This document shows, one piece after another, positions 30,222 to 40,019 of a stretch of 64,000 nt of DNA (position 1 is its first letter; every line of letters starts with the position of its first letter). The DNA comes from an uncultured Pseudomonadota bacterium (lineage in GTDB: Bacteria > Oederibacteriota > Muellerivitia > Muellerivitales > Muellerivitaceae), in assembly GCA_963836235.1 (NCBI GenBank), contig CAWIIP010000002.1, positions 384,001-448,000 of the forward strand, read 5' to 3'. Under the pieces are notes generated by a model. That model worked only from the letters and a program-made list of their open reading frames with translations. It was not told the origin of the DNA and made no database searches. The translations under genes and the position numbers were made by a program.

Positions 30222-32462
30222 TTAGCGGAGAACCAATAACTTTAAAATTTTTGTGGTCTTGACCGGGCCGGTGACCTCAATCCTCAGGTAATAAAGCCCG
30301 TTAGCCACCGAACTGCCCCGGTTGTCCTTTAAATCCCAGGACAGGATCGCGCTGGTGCCGGGGACGGCTTGGGGGATATCCAGGATTTTGCGGAAAGCCG
30401 TCGTGTAGACGCTCCATTCCACCGTGGAATCCGCGGGAAATTGCAGGAAGACTCGAACCGGTCCGTTGCCGCTGGGATTGGGATAAGGAAGCCCAACCAC
30501 GACGGTCGTGACCGCCGGTGTCGGTGTGGCCGTGGAAGTATTGGCCACCGGCGTGTTCGTGGGCATCGGGGTGGCGGTGGAGAGGGGCGTATTCGTAGTC
30601 GTCAGCGAAGGGCTGGAGGAGGGAGTCTCCGTCAGAGAAGGGGTGGAAGTGGAATTGGGGCTGTTGGTGGCAGTGGGAACCCCCGTGGGGCTGTTAGAGG
30701 GCGTGGAAGTCGGCGTGAGCGTGGGTGAATGGGTCGGGCTGTTGGTGGGGCTATTGGTAGGACTATGGGTGGGCGTAAGGGTGGCGGCCGGGGTGGTGGT
30801 GTTGGTCGCCGAATGGGTGGGCGGAACGGTATCGGTGGGGGTTGCGGTGGAACTGTTGGTGGCCGTGTTCGTTAGAGTGGGTGTGGGACTGTTGGTCGGG
30901 GTAACCGTCGGGCTGTGGGTGGCCGTTTGAGTTGCCTTATTCGTGGCGGTATCCGTCGCCGTTTGGGCCTGGCTATTGGTGGGAGTAGCCGTCCCAGTCG
31001 GTGTGAAGGAAGCCGTTAGAGTCGGGGAGGCGGTCGCGCTGGCGGTGAGGGTCGGCGTGCAGGTCGGGGTAAAACTGAAGACGGGCGTGTAGGTTGTCGT
31101 AAAGGTTAAGGTTTGGGTGGGCGTCATCGTGGGGCTATTCGTCATCGTGGCCGTAGGGGTCGTGGTAGGCGTCGGGGTAGCCGTAAAGGTGCGGGTGGAG
31201 GTTGGGCTGTTGGTCATGGTGTTGGTGGCCGTATTAGTAGTTGTTTGGGTTGGGGTGACCGTTGGAGTGTTCGTCGCGGTGTTCGTGGGGGTCATGGTGG
31301 CTGTATTGGTTGAAGTGCCCGTAGGAGTACTTGTCCCCGTAGGGGACAACGTATTGGTGGCGGTGCTGGTAGCCGTATTGGCCGGGGTGGCGGCGGCGCC
31401 GTAGGTCACGCAGGAACTGCGCGCCCCGATCACGGCCCATACTTCGGATACCCCCGCGTTGGTGGTGGGCGGATAGGCCTGGGAAATTTCCCACATTCCG
31501 ATGCCCGGAAGCTGTGGTGACTGCGCCGCGCACCAATTGATCTTGTCGCAATAAGTTTGCGCGTTGTCCACGCCGGTATCGCCGCTGCTATAGGAGGCCT
31601 CGTCCTGGGGGGTGTAAAAGCCGGTCAAAGTACTCGTGAGGATGGTCGTTAACGGGTTCCCCTGGTTGGAATACATGGGACAGGCGAGAATGATTTGACT
31701 GGAGGAGAGTCCCCAGCCCGTCACCCGGTTCACCGAGGCCACAATGTCGCCCGGTATATCGTAGTTGCCGGCGCAGTCCCCGTATTCGGCGGTATCGACC
31801 ATGGGGCCGTTGAATTGGTCCAATCCATAACTGTACCCCATGAGAATTCCATAATCGGCGTACTGCCCGATGGTGGCCCAATTGACCCCGCAGATATCCG
31901 CGCCAGCGCTGATGGTAAAGGTAAGCTGTCTCGGTTTGCCGTCATAGCCGTTCGTGGCGTGGAGGGCGCCGGCCAGCGCCGACATTAAACCCATGAAGCC
32001 GGTTTCGGTGCTCGCCGTCGGAAATTCCCAGTCGATATCCACGCCGTCATAACCATTGGAGGTGACCACGTTCATGATGTTGCTCACCGCCGTGGTCATG
32101 GAGGCGCCGGGAGCGGGCCAGTAGCCGCTCCCCGAACCCTCCCCCCCGAAGGAAAGCATGCATCGCGTGTTGTTGGAATGGGCGGTGGAGGCCAGGTTGG
32201 CCCTCTGGCCGTTGGGAAAAGTCACGTTGAAATTCACGTCAAACTCGGCGAAGGCTTCCAACACATGGGTCATGTCGCCCCAGGAAAAGGCGCTTAAGGT
32301 GACGGTATCGTAATCCGGAAGATATCCGAAAACGAGGTACGGGGGCTTGGCCCAGGCAAGAGGAGCCAGGAAAAACAGGGCAAGGGTCAATAAAAAAGCG
32401 CGGATCTTAGGATTGAGGCCCCGGGTGAATAGTTTTGGATGTGAAAAAAATCCAACGGTCAT
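30222..32462 (-). CDS. Secreted GH18 (chitinase-like) enzyme + Thr/Pro linker + T9SS-like C-terminal domain
   Basis: Signal peptide (..APLAWA); MLSFGG; YDGVDIDWEFP (DxxDxDxE); ~290-aa T-x-T linker; PYPNP...YTTAFRK...ANGLYYL...KLLVLR. Confidence 0.9.
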   Translation of the reverse strand: MTVGFFSHPKLFTRGLNPKIRAFLLTLALFFLAPLAWAKPPYLVFGYLPDYDTVTLSAFSWGDMTHVLEAFAEFDVNFNVTFPNGQRANLASTAHSNNTRCMLSFGGEGSGSGYWPAPGASMTTAVSNIMNVVTSNGYDGVDIDWEFPTASTETGFMGLMSALAGALHATNGYDGKPRQLTFTISAGADICGVNWATIGQYADYGILMGYSYGLDQFNGPMVDTAEYGDCAGNYDIPGDIVASVNRVTGWGLSSSQIILACPMYSNQGNPLTTILTSTLTGFYTPQDEASYSSGDTGVDNAQTYCDKINWCAAQSPQLPGIGMWEISQAYPPTTNAGVSEVWAVIGARSSCVTYGAAATPANTATSTATNTLSPTGTSTPTGTSTNTATMTPTNTATNTPTVTPTQTTTNTATNTMTNSPTSTRTFTATPTPTTTPTATMTNSPTMTPTQTLTFTTTYTPVFSFTPTCTPTLTASATASPTLTASFTPTGTATPTNSQAQTATDTATNKATQTATHSPTVTPTNSPTPTLTNTATNSSTATPTDTVPPTHSATNTTTPAATLTPTHSPTNSPTNSPTHSPTLTPTSTPSNSPTGVPTATNSPNSTSTPSLTETPSSSPSLTTTNTPLSTATPMPTNTPVANTSTATPTPAVTTVVVGLPYPNPSGNGPVRVFLQFPADSTVEWSVYTTAFRKILDIPQAVPGTSAILSWDLKDNRGSSVANGLYYLRIEVTGPVKTTKILKLLVLR

Positions 32463-32541
32463 TTTCCCTCATCCCTTTTTGAGGATCGACAATGGTAAAT
32501 TGGCGTTTTTTTTATTCCTCAATTCAAACACCTTCATTTTC

Positions 32542-32569
32542 TTGTCCATGATGGGTCCCCACCGTGGAG
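32542..32569. repeat. REP-like family, short hairpin copy
   Basis: TTGTCCATG-ATGGGTCCCCACCGTGGA; the last 18 nt are identical to 43138-43155. Confidence 0.6.
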
Positions 32570-32642
32570 AAGGTTTTATACTCAGGCCGCCCGCATCTTT
32601 TCAACTTTTTGGCCCCTGAAAAAAAAACAGGAATATGAAAAT

Positions 32643-35108
32643 TTAGCGAAGGATGAGCAATTTGGCGAGGGATCGCTTGCCGTCGGCGATGACCACCAGG
32701 TAGTAAAGCCCATTGGCCAGTGGCGTTCCCCATTTGTCGGTCAGTTGGGCCGTCACCGCCACACCCGACGGAACGTTCGGGAAGGTCTCTTCCTGTACCT
32801 TCCTAAAGGCCGTCGTGAATATCTCCACCTCCACCGTCGAAACCCCTGAATAGGCCGACGGAAGCACGTTCACCGTGGGACCCGTGACCGGATTGGGATA
32901 GACCACCACTCCCTTGAAAGGGGCGGGCGTGGGCGTTGCCGTGCTTGTCAGCGTCGCGGGAACCGTCGTTGAAGTGGCGGTTAAGGTGGTGGCGAAAGTG
33001 GCGCTGGAGGTGGCGGTTAGGGTTGGCGTATCTGTCGCCGTACTCGTCAAGCTATTGGCGGGAGTGGCCGTGGGGGTAGCGGTATTGACTGGGGTGTTGG
33101 TCGGTGTCGCCGTGGCGGTTCCAGTGGCGGTGTTAGTCAAGGTATTCGTGAGCGTTGAAGTCGTTGTCTTGGTGGCGGTGTTCGAGGCGGTTAAGGTTGG
33201 GGTTGGGGTAGTCGTGTTGGTCAAGCTGTTGGTGGGAGTCACGGTGGGGGTTGGGGTGACCGTGTTCGAAGCGGTTGAGCTGGGGCTGTTGGTGGGTGTT
33301 CCGGTATAAGTCGGGGTAATCACATTCGTATTGGTGGGCGTGGAGGTGATGGTGGGACTATCGGTGCTGGTGACCGTGCTGGTAGGCGTAGTTGTGGAGG
33401 TATTGGTTACCGTATTGGTTGAAGTCGCCGTGGCGGCTTGAGTGGCCGTATCCGTAGGGGTTGCAGTCGTTGTCTTGGTTGCCGTATTCGAGGCGGTGGC
33501 GGTGAGGGTATCCGTGGCGGTTTGGGTGGCCGTATTGGCTAAGGTATGGGTGGGGGTGGAAGTGGTGGTCGGGGTAGTCGTGTTCGAAGCTGTCAAGGAA
33601 GGCGTTTCGGTAACGCTATTCGTGACGGTATCGGTAGGCGTGGACGTGGCGGTTTGGGTGGCCGTATTCGCTAAAGTGTTGGTGGGTGTGGAAGTCGCCG
33701 TTTTAGTCGCCGTGTTCGAGACAGTCGAGGTTGCCGTAGGAGTGGACGTATTGGCCAAAGTGTTTGTGGGGCTTGAAGTCGGCGTGTTCGATGCGGTAGT
33801 GCTGGCCGTCGTCGTAGCGGTTTGAGTGGCGGTGTTGGCTAAGGTATTCGTGGGGGTAAAAGTGCCGGTTTTCGTGACGGTATTTATCGGAGTGTTTGAA
33901 TTCGTGCTTGTGGGGCTGAAAGTGACCGTGTTCGTGGCGGAAGTCGTACGGGTGGCCGTGGGACTACTGGTGGGGGTCGAACTGGGGGTGGCTGTCGCCG
34001 TACTAACGAGGGTGTTCGTGGGCGTAAGGGTGACGGTCTTGGTGGGGGTCAAGGTAGCGGTATTCGTCGGGCTGTTGGTAGGGGTCGGGGTCGGGCTATT
34101 AGTAGGAGTGAAAGTCCGAGTGTTCGTTCTGGTATTGGTCATTGTATAAGTCGGCGTGGGGGTGGCCGTACCCGCGGATAGTTGATAGGCCCTTACATAA
34201 TCCACCAGCATGGTCTGCGGAAAAGAAGTACCGGCGTCAGGTGAGCCGGGCCAACTGCCCCCCACGGCCATGTTGAGCAGAAAGAAAAAATTATTATTGA
34301 ACTCCCAGGTGCCGCCCGCGCTGGAGCAATTCGCGGCGGTCTGGGTCTCGTAAAGGGTGCCGTCCACATAGAACTGGACCTGATTCGGCTGCCAGAGAAG
34401 ACCGAAGGTGTGGTAAGCGGTGTGGAAAAGCTGGCCGCCCGACAGGGTGTAGTTTGCGGTGGGGTTCCAGTTGGGGGCATGAAGAGAGCCGTGATTGACC
34501 GGTTGGTCCGCGGCGTTCCCGATATTTTCCATGATGTCCATCTCGCCGCAGGCGGGCCAACTAACCGTGGTGATGTTATTGCCCAGCATCCAAAAAGCCG
34601 GCCAGATGCCGTCGCCATAGGGCATTTGGATGCGGGCTTCCATATAACCATATTGGAAGCTTTGAAGTCCCTCGGTTAATAAACGCGCGGAGGTATAGCG
34701 TCCCACTTGGCCGTAGTTGGTACTGCCGGGCTGGGTGTCGATGGCGATGAGGGCTAAGGATTTGCCATCGGTGGCGTTGGGATCGGCGATGATCTGGGCA
34801 TTGGCGGTGCTGTTGGTATAATTTTCCAATTCATTGTTTCCCCATCCACTATCGCCCGTGTTGTAGGTCCAATTGGCGGAGTTGGGCGCGCTGCCGACCG
34901 CGCCGTTGAACTCGTCGCCCCAAACCAGGTTGTAACCCGCGGGTGGCGCCGCCCAAACAGGAGTCGCAAGCCCGCCGAGAACGAAGGCGAGCAATAAAAA
35001 AGAAAGGCGGCTGTAAAAAGCCGAAAGAAATATCCGGCTTTTTAATTTTTTCTGGATTTCAGTCCACATAAGCGATCCCGCTAAAATTGTTTTGAACCGG
35101 CCCCGCAA
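32643..35108 (-). CDS. Secreted GH16 (laminarinase-like) enzyme + Thr/Pro linker + T9SS-like C-terminal domain
   Basis: LVWGDEFNG, GWGNNELENYT, YTSARL, GIWPAFWMLG, GEMDIME (ExDxxE), LNMAVGG; ~400-aa Thr-rich linker; YPNP...FTTAFRK...ANGLYYL...KLLILR. The start is probably ATG 35069. Confidence 0.92.
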   Translation of the reverse strand: MRGRFKTILAGSLMWTEIQKKLKSRIFLSAFYSRLSFLLLAFVLGGLATPVWAAPPAGYNLVWGDEFNGAVGSAPNSANWTYNTGDSGWGNNELENYTNSTANAQIIADPNATDGKSLALIAIDTQPGSTNYGQVGRYTSARLLTEGLQSFQYGYMEARIQMPYGDGIWPAFWMLGNNITTVSWPACGEMDIMENIGNAADQPVNHGSLHAPNWNPTANYTLSGGQLFHTAYHTFGLLWQPNQVQFYVDGTLYETQTAANCSSAGGTWEFNNNFFFLLNMAVGGSWPGSPDAGTSFPQTMLVDYVRAYQLSAGTATPTPTYTMTNTRTNTRTFTPTNSPTPTPTNSPTNTATLTPTKTVTLTPTNTLVSTATATPSSTPTSSPTATRTTSATNTVTFSPTSTNSNTPINTVTKTGTFTPTNTLANTATQTATTTASTTASNTPTSSPTNTLANTSTPTATSTVSNTATKTATSTPTNTLANTATQTATSTPTDTVTNSVTETPSLTASNTTTPTTTSTPTHTLANTATQTATDTLTATASNTATKTTTATPTDTATQAATATSTNTVTNTSTTTPTSTVTSTDSPTITSTPTNTNVITPTYTGTPTNSPSSTASNTVTPTPTVTPTNSLTNTTTPTPTLTASNTATKTTTSTLTNTLTNTATGTATATPTNTPVNTATPTATPANSLTSTATDTPTLTATSSATFATTLTATSTTVPATLTSTATPTPAPFKGVVVYPNPVTGPTVNVLPSAYSGVSTVEVEIFTTAFRKVQEETFPNVPSGVAVTAQLTDKWGTPLANGLYYLVVIADGKRSLAKLLILR

Positions 35109-35220
35109 GGACGGCCTTTAACAGTTTTAGTTTATCGAGTATTGGAGATTAAGCCATGTACAGGACTGACGAATGAATAGAGGATTTTGACGGCCTCAAG
35201 AAAGAGAATGTGGCCAAAAT

Positions 35221-36126
35221 TCAGCTTTTTTCCGAATGGGCTTGGGAAGCGGCCAGGGCCTTGGGGTCCGACCGGTTGTAAAGGGTGCGGATGACAGGAT
35301 TTTTTTGGCAGATCCATTCATTCAAGGGGGATACCCTGAAATCCTTCGGCGAAAGTCCATAAACTTTCTTGAAGCTCTTGGAAAGATGGAAAGAATCATA
35401 AAACCCGGTTTGGGCGGCAACTTCCTTGAGACTTTGGTTGGAACGGCGCAAGAGATTGGCGGCCCTGTCCAGCCGAAGCATTTTGACGTATTCCAGAGGA
35501 CCCAAATGAAGGTTCTTTTGGAAAAGACGGCACAAATTTTCCGGCGAGGAATGCACCGACCGGGATAATTCGGTCAGGTTCAATTTCCCCGTCGGATCTT
35601 TCTCGTTATGACGGGTGATGAATTCAATCGTTCTTTCAACCAATCCTGGAAATTGGGATGGCGGCATGGCTTTGACCTCTATCTTTCCCGAAAAATAACT
35701 ATTCAACATCAACTCTAGGGCCGCGCTCATCAAACTGTTTATTTTTTTGCCTTTCAACTCATCCAACCTCAAGAAATAACCGAACAGGGGCCTGAGCACA
35801 TCATTCGGCGGCACGTGCCGGAACGGCGGGACTCCTTTTTGAGGGATCTCAAATCCCTTTGTCTTGGAGATCTCGAATTGAACATAGGCATGGACCGTCC
35901 GGCCCCGTTTGGACCATTCGTAATAATCCCTGACCCCGGGATAACGGAAGAGAATTGTTCCTTCTTTACCCTGGATCAGCGTCCGGCCAAAGGTCGCCCG
36001 GACTTCGCCCTCCATGATCCATATCAATTCATAATTATTGGCTAACCGGGGCCCATAAGTCGCGCCCGGAGGGTCGGCTGTAACTCCAGTGACGAGGACC
36101 TTGAGGTTTTGTCCATTTGTTTTCAA
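35221..36126 (-). CDS. AraC family transcriptional regulator
   Basis: N-terminal cupin-like domain; LCRLFQK..LGPLEY..LRLDRAANLL...VAAQTGF.DSFHLSKSFKKVYGLSPKDFR. Confidence 0.92.
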   Translation of the reverse strand: MKTNGQNLKVLVTGVTADPPGATYGPRLANNYELIWIMEGEVRATFGRTLIQGKEGTILFRYPGVRDYYEWSKRGRTVHAYVQFEISKTKGFEIPQKGVPPFRHVPPNDVLRPLFGYFLRLDELKGKKINSLMSAALELMLNSYFSGKIEVKAMPPSQFPGLVERTIEFITRHNEKDPTGKLNLTELSRSVHSSPENLCRLFQKNLHLGPLEYVKMLRLDRAANLLRRSNQSLKEVAAQTGFYDSFHLSKSFKKVYGLSPKDFRVSPLNEWICQKNPVIRTLYNRSDPKALAASQAHSEKS

Positions 36127-36277
36127 GACCGCTCCCGAGAGATGGTTTTAACTATATTCCCCCCAAACTCCTTTTTTGGAAAGGAACGAATAAGCCAAGA
36201 ATTGGATTCCCGTTGTCTATCTGCCCATTGCACCTCCCCGTCGTGGACAGCTAAACCGCTTTTTGATGCCAAACCCC

Positions 36278-38995
36278 TCAGGGCGTGATTAAAAACTTTC
36301 CGCTTTGCAAAACCTTTTGCCCGTTCTGGATGACGTAATAATAAATCCCGGGCGATACCGTCGCCCCCTTTTGGTTCTTCGCCCCGACCCATTCGGTGGG
36401 GTCCCCCGACTGGCTGATCCGATTGACCAGTTCGCCCGAAAGGGTGTAAATGAAAACCTGCGCGCCCGCGGGCAGGCAGCCGAACCTCAAGGCATGGTCA
36501 AAGGCAAATCGGGGGCCGTAGGGATCGGGCCAAACGCGAGGCACGCAAGTAGGCGTTGAGGTAGGCGTAACCGAAGGAGTGGTGGTTGGCGTGTTGCTCA
36601 AGGTGATTGTGGCCGTTAATGAAGGCGTGAAAGAATGTGTCGAGGTGGGCGTTAGGGTTGGGCTATTCGTGGGCGTTATCGTGGGAGTGTTGGTGGGCGT
36701 CGGTGTCGGTATCGACGGGGGAGTGACGGTTGGCGTGAAGGTAGCGAAGGCAAATTTGGTGACGTAAGCGTCGCCGAAGCCCCCCGTATCCCCGATAACG
36801 GTTTGATAGGCCCCGGCCGTGGTTGGGAAATTGGCCGAAGTCGTCATGCCGGTAATATAAAGCCCCCCCGAACCATCCATGGCCAAGCCTTGCCCATATT
36901 CAATGGAACTCCCTCCTAAATAAGTGGAATAAAGAAGATTCGTTCCGGTTGGGTTCAATTCAAAGAGGAACGCGTCCTGCGATCCTCCCAGGGTTGTTTG
37001 GAAAGCCCCCGGGGTGGCAGGGTAGTCGGACGAGGCGGTCCATCCCGAGACGAAGGCATCCCCACTAGGATCCACCGCCAAGCCATAAGCATATTCCGCG
37101 ACGGTACCGCCAAGATAGGTGGAATAGGCCAGGGAGGCCCCGCCCGCGTTTAATTTGGTTACGACCGCGTTTTGACCCTTTTGGACCGTCTGATAGGCTC
37201 CGGCGGTGATGGGATAGTTCGTCGCGTTGGTGGAGCCGCCCACATAAGCGTTGCCGGCCGAGTCCACCGCGATCACGCCCCCGTAATTGTTGCCGTTCCC
37301 CCCCAGGTAGGTGGAGTACACCAACCCGCTCCCCGAAGGGTTCAACTCGGTGACCATGATATCGGAGGCCCCTGTCGCGAAAATGGTTTGGAAAGCGCCC
37401 GGGGTAGTGGGAAAGCCGCCCAGGGTGTAGCCCACGATATAGGCGTCATCGGCCGGGTCCAGGGCGATCCCGAACCCGTTGGAGACATCGGTCCCGTTCA
37501 GGTAGGTGGAATAGACCAGGCCGGTCCCGTTGGGGTTCACCTTGGTGATGAAGAGGCCCGAGAGGGGGGGCGCGACGGTTTCATAAGCCCCGGGCGTGGT
37601 GGGAAAGTTCGGCGAGCTGACATCGCCTTCCACATAAGCGTTGCCCCCGGCGTCCACCGCGATGCCGGTCCCTTCATCATTCTGAGATCCACCCAGGTAA
37701 GAGGAATAGACCAGGGCCGAACCCGTGGGGTTGAGTTTGGTGACAAAAGCGTCATAGTTCCCTCCCACGGCCGTCTGGAAGGCGCCCGGGGTGGTCGGGT
37801 AATTGGTGGTACCGGTGAACCCGGTGACATAGGCGTTCCCGCCCGCGTCCAAGGCGATGGCGTTGCCCTGGTTGACGGGCCAGCCCAAGGTTAAACCGGG
37901 TTCCGCGGTGATTCCCCCTAGATAAGTGGAATAGACCAAGGCGGTCCCGGTGGGGTTCAACTTCGTCACGAACGCGTTGAAACCAGCGATCGTATGCTGG
38001 AAAGCGCCCGCCGTGATCGGGAAATTCGTGGAGTCGGTATAACCCACAATATAGGCGTTCCCCCCTACATCCACCGCGATGCCCGTGCCCTCTTCCTGGC
38101 GGATTCCCCCCAGGAAGGTGGAATAGGCCAGCACGGGATCAATGACCAGAGGCTGGGTGCGGTCGTAGGTTCCCATCCGGAACCCGATGATGCCCCTTCC
38201 CACCAGGGCGTACCTTCCATTCACGGTCATCCTACGGCCAGCCAGGTCCTGATAGGCCACCGGCGCCTCGAAGACCGCCGCCCCCAGGCCCTTTCCTAAA
38301 TAGAGGTCCCCCTCGCCGTCCAGATGGATTCCCCGGGGACCGCTATAGGCCAGCCGGATCAGCCCCGGGTCGGCGCCCGGTTTTAAGACGAAGTCGTATT
38401 CCAACCGGCCTTGCCGCCCGTAATAGACCATGTCGATGCCGGGATAAACGTCCTTGGCCACGACACGACTATATTGGGGGATGTTTGAATGCCAGTTTTT
38501 CGGGTCGTTCCCGAGGAAATAGTTGCTGTGGCCGGGGAGTTTTTGACCGCCTTCCCAGGAAACCCGGGGATCAGCTCCTTGGAGCCCCAGCCAAACCGTT
38601 TGGTGGGAACGAAGCGAAGGCTTGGCGTTGGGAAGTTTCGGCGAATACCATGGATGGGCCTCTTTCTTTCCGCGCCCTTCGGGCCCTGCCCATGACAAGA
38701 AAGCTCCTGTTTCGGTTAGAAAAAGGGTGTAACCCGATCCGCGAGCCAGGAACTTGACCTTTGAGTCGGCCTGCCCTTCGTTGGGTTCAAAGGCCAAGGG
38801 CAGGAGGCCGAAGGTGTTTTTAAGGTCAATCAGTGATGGATCACGAGGAAAAAATCGGGAAGGCCCGCCGTGGAATATTTTCTGGAAGAAGTTCCGGGCC
38901 GGACCCGGCGACCGATAGACGCAAAAACCCGCTACCAAGGCGAAAAGAAGGGGGCCCATGGCCAAACTGGCCGGTCGAAAAAAATTCCACTTCAT
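36278..38995 (-). CDS. Secreted SBBP-repeat beta-propeller protein + Thr/Pro linker + T9SS-like C-terminal domain
   Basis: LPLAFEPNEGQ...VYPGID..YYG..LEYDF...PLVIDP N-domain; repeated YSTYLGG...GIAVD..GNAY.G.T.S.NFP.T.GA.Q; WPDP...IYTLSGELV...PGIYYY...GKF. Confidence 0.88.
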   Translation of the reverse strand: MKWNFFRPASLAMGPLLFALVAGFCVYRSPGPARNFFQKIFHGGPSRFFPRDPSLIDLKNTFGLLPLAFEPNEGQADSKVKFLARGSGYTLFLTETGAFLSWAGPEGRGKKEAHPWYSPKLPNAKPSLRSHQTVWLGLQGADPRVSWEGGQKLPGHSNYFLGNDPKNWHSNIPQYSRVVAKDVYPGIDMVYYGRQGRLEYDFVLKPGADPGLIRLAYSGPRGIHLDGEGDLYLGKGLGAAVFEAPVAYQDLAGRRMTVNGRYALVGRGIIGFRMGTYDRTQPLVIDPVLAYSTFLGGIRQEEGTGIAVDVGGNAYIVGYTDSTNFPITAGAFQHTIAGFNAFVTKLNPTGTALVYSTYLGGITAEPGLTLGWPVNQGNAIALDAGGNAYVTGFTGTTNYPTTPGAFQTAVGGNYDAFVTKLNPTGSALVYSSYLGGSQNDEGTGIAVDAGGNAYVEGDVSSPNFPTTPGAYETVAPPLSGLFITKVNPNGTGLVYSTYLNGTDVSNGFGIALDPADDAYIVGYTLGGFPTTPGAFQTIFATGASDIMVTELNPSGSGLVYSTYLGGNGNNYGGVIAVDSAGNAYVGGSTNATNYPITAGAYQTVQKGQNAVVTKLNAGGASLAYSTYLGGTVAEYAYGLAVDPSGDAFVSGWTASSDYPATPGAFQTTLGGSQDAFLFELNPTGTNLLYSTYLGGSSIEYGQGLAMDGSGGLYITGMTTSANFPTTAGAYQTVIGDTGGFGDAYVTKFAFATFTPTVTPPSIPTPTPTNTPTITPTNSPTLTPTSTHSFTPSLTATITLSNTPTTTPSVTPTSTPTCVPRVWPDPYGPRFAFDHALRFGCLPAGAQVFIYTLSGELVNRISQSGDPTEWVGAKNQKGATVSPGIYYYVIQNGQKVLQSGKFLITP

Positions 38996-39307
38996 ATATC
39001 CTCCCAACAAAAAATCCCACGATCAAGCTTTTGGGTCCAGACGAAGAGGGGTCCATAAGTCTTCAAAATACAAAACCAATTAGGATGGATTTTATCACCA
39101 AATCCCTGCCCACTTGATGATTTCGATGCCGTTCACCTAACGGCGATAAAACCCCTTCCTGAACTTTGTTTGTCGCTCACTGGTGAATTTTTTGGAGGGC
39201 CGGGGTGCTGACAAGCCACCCAAGGACTTTATGTCTTTCATTTTGACGGGCTAAAGGGTATTTTTTGATGGTGGCTAAATCAGTGGCGTGAATAAGGGGG
39301 GCGGGGC

Positions 39308-39901
39308 ATGGCCAAGGGCATCAGGAATCCAAAGGTTGAGTTTTTTTTCAGTAAGGCCAAACAGTGGAAGGAAGAATGCGAGCAATTGAGAAGGATCGTT
39401 CTGGCATGTCCCCTGACCGAAGAATTGAAGTGGGGACAGCCTTGTTACACCTCTGAGGGAAAAAACATCCTTTTAATCCATGGATTCAAGGAATATTGCG
39501 CGCTTTTGTTTATGAAGGGCGCCTTATTGAAGGACCCGAAGGGCATTCTCATCCAGCAAACGGAAAATGTGCAGGCGGGACGCCAGATTCGGTTCACCAA
39601 TGTCCCGGAAATCGTCAAGTTGAAATCCGTCTTGAAGGCCTACATTGAGGAAGCCATCGAGGTGGAAAAAGCCGGTTTGAAAGTGCCTCATAAAAAGACT
39701 TCCGAATTCAAAATGGTCGAGGAATTCAAAAAGAAACTGGAGGAGACTCCCGCCCTGAAAATCGCTTTTGAAGCTTTAACGCCGGGACGGCAAAGGGCCT
39801 ACCTTCTTTATTTCGCCGCGCCCAAGCAATCCAAAACCCGGGAAGCCAGGATTGAAAAATACGTGAAACCGATTCTCAAGGGCAAAGGGCTGAGTGATTA
39901 G
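39308..39901 (+). CDS. YdeI/OmpD-associated (DUF1801 + OmdA) protein
   Basis: LTEELKWGQPCY, HGFKEYCALLF.KGALLKDP, FEALTPGRQRAY...KQSKTR..RIEK. Confidence 0.9.
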   Translation: MAKGIRNPKVEFFFSKAKQWKEECEQLRRIVLACPLTEELKWGQPCYTSEGKNILLIHGFKEYCALLFMKGALLKDPKGILIQQTENVQAGRQIRFTNVPEIVKLKSVLKAYIEEAIEVEKAGLKVPHKKTSEFKMVEEFKKKLEETPALKIAFEALTPGRQRAYLLYFAAPKQSKTREARIEKYVKPILKGKGLSD

Positions 39902-39919
39902 TCGAATGGTGTTTCCTTT

Positions 39920-39968
39920 TCCACAACGGATCCTCATTCGACAAACTCATGGCAGACGGTGTGGACAA
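39920..39968 (+). repeat. REP-like family copy
   Basis: TCCACAACGG-ATCCTCATTCGACAAACTCATGGCAG-ACGGTGTGGACA. Confidence 0.75.
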
Positions 39969-40019
39969 GACCTGGCAAATGATGGGTTTCTTTTATAACC
40001 GCTTTCACGCCAATCAATT

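Noticed and set aside
30508-34149. Val/Gly/Ala-rich plus-strand ORFs (VGVAVGV...)
   Set aside because: Reverse-complement translation of the Thr/Pro linkers (ACN to NGT), not separate membrane proteins.
30500-38100. Repetitive DNA that might be a CRISPR array
   Set aside because: The repeats are in-frame protein repeats (Thr linkers, SBBP blades) with no constant repeat/unique spacer structure, and no cas genes are present.
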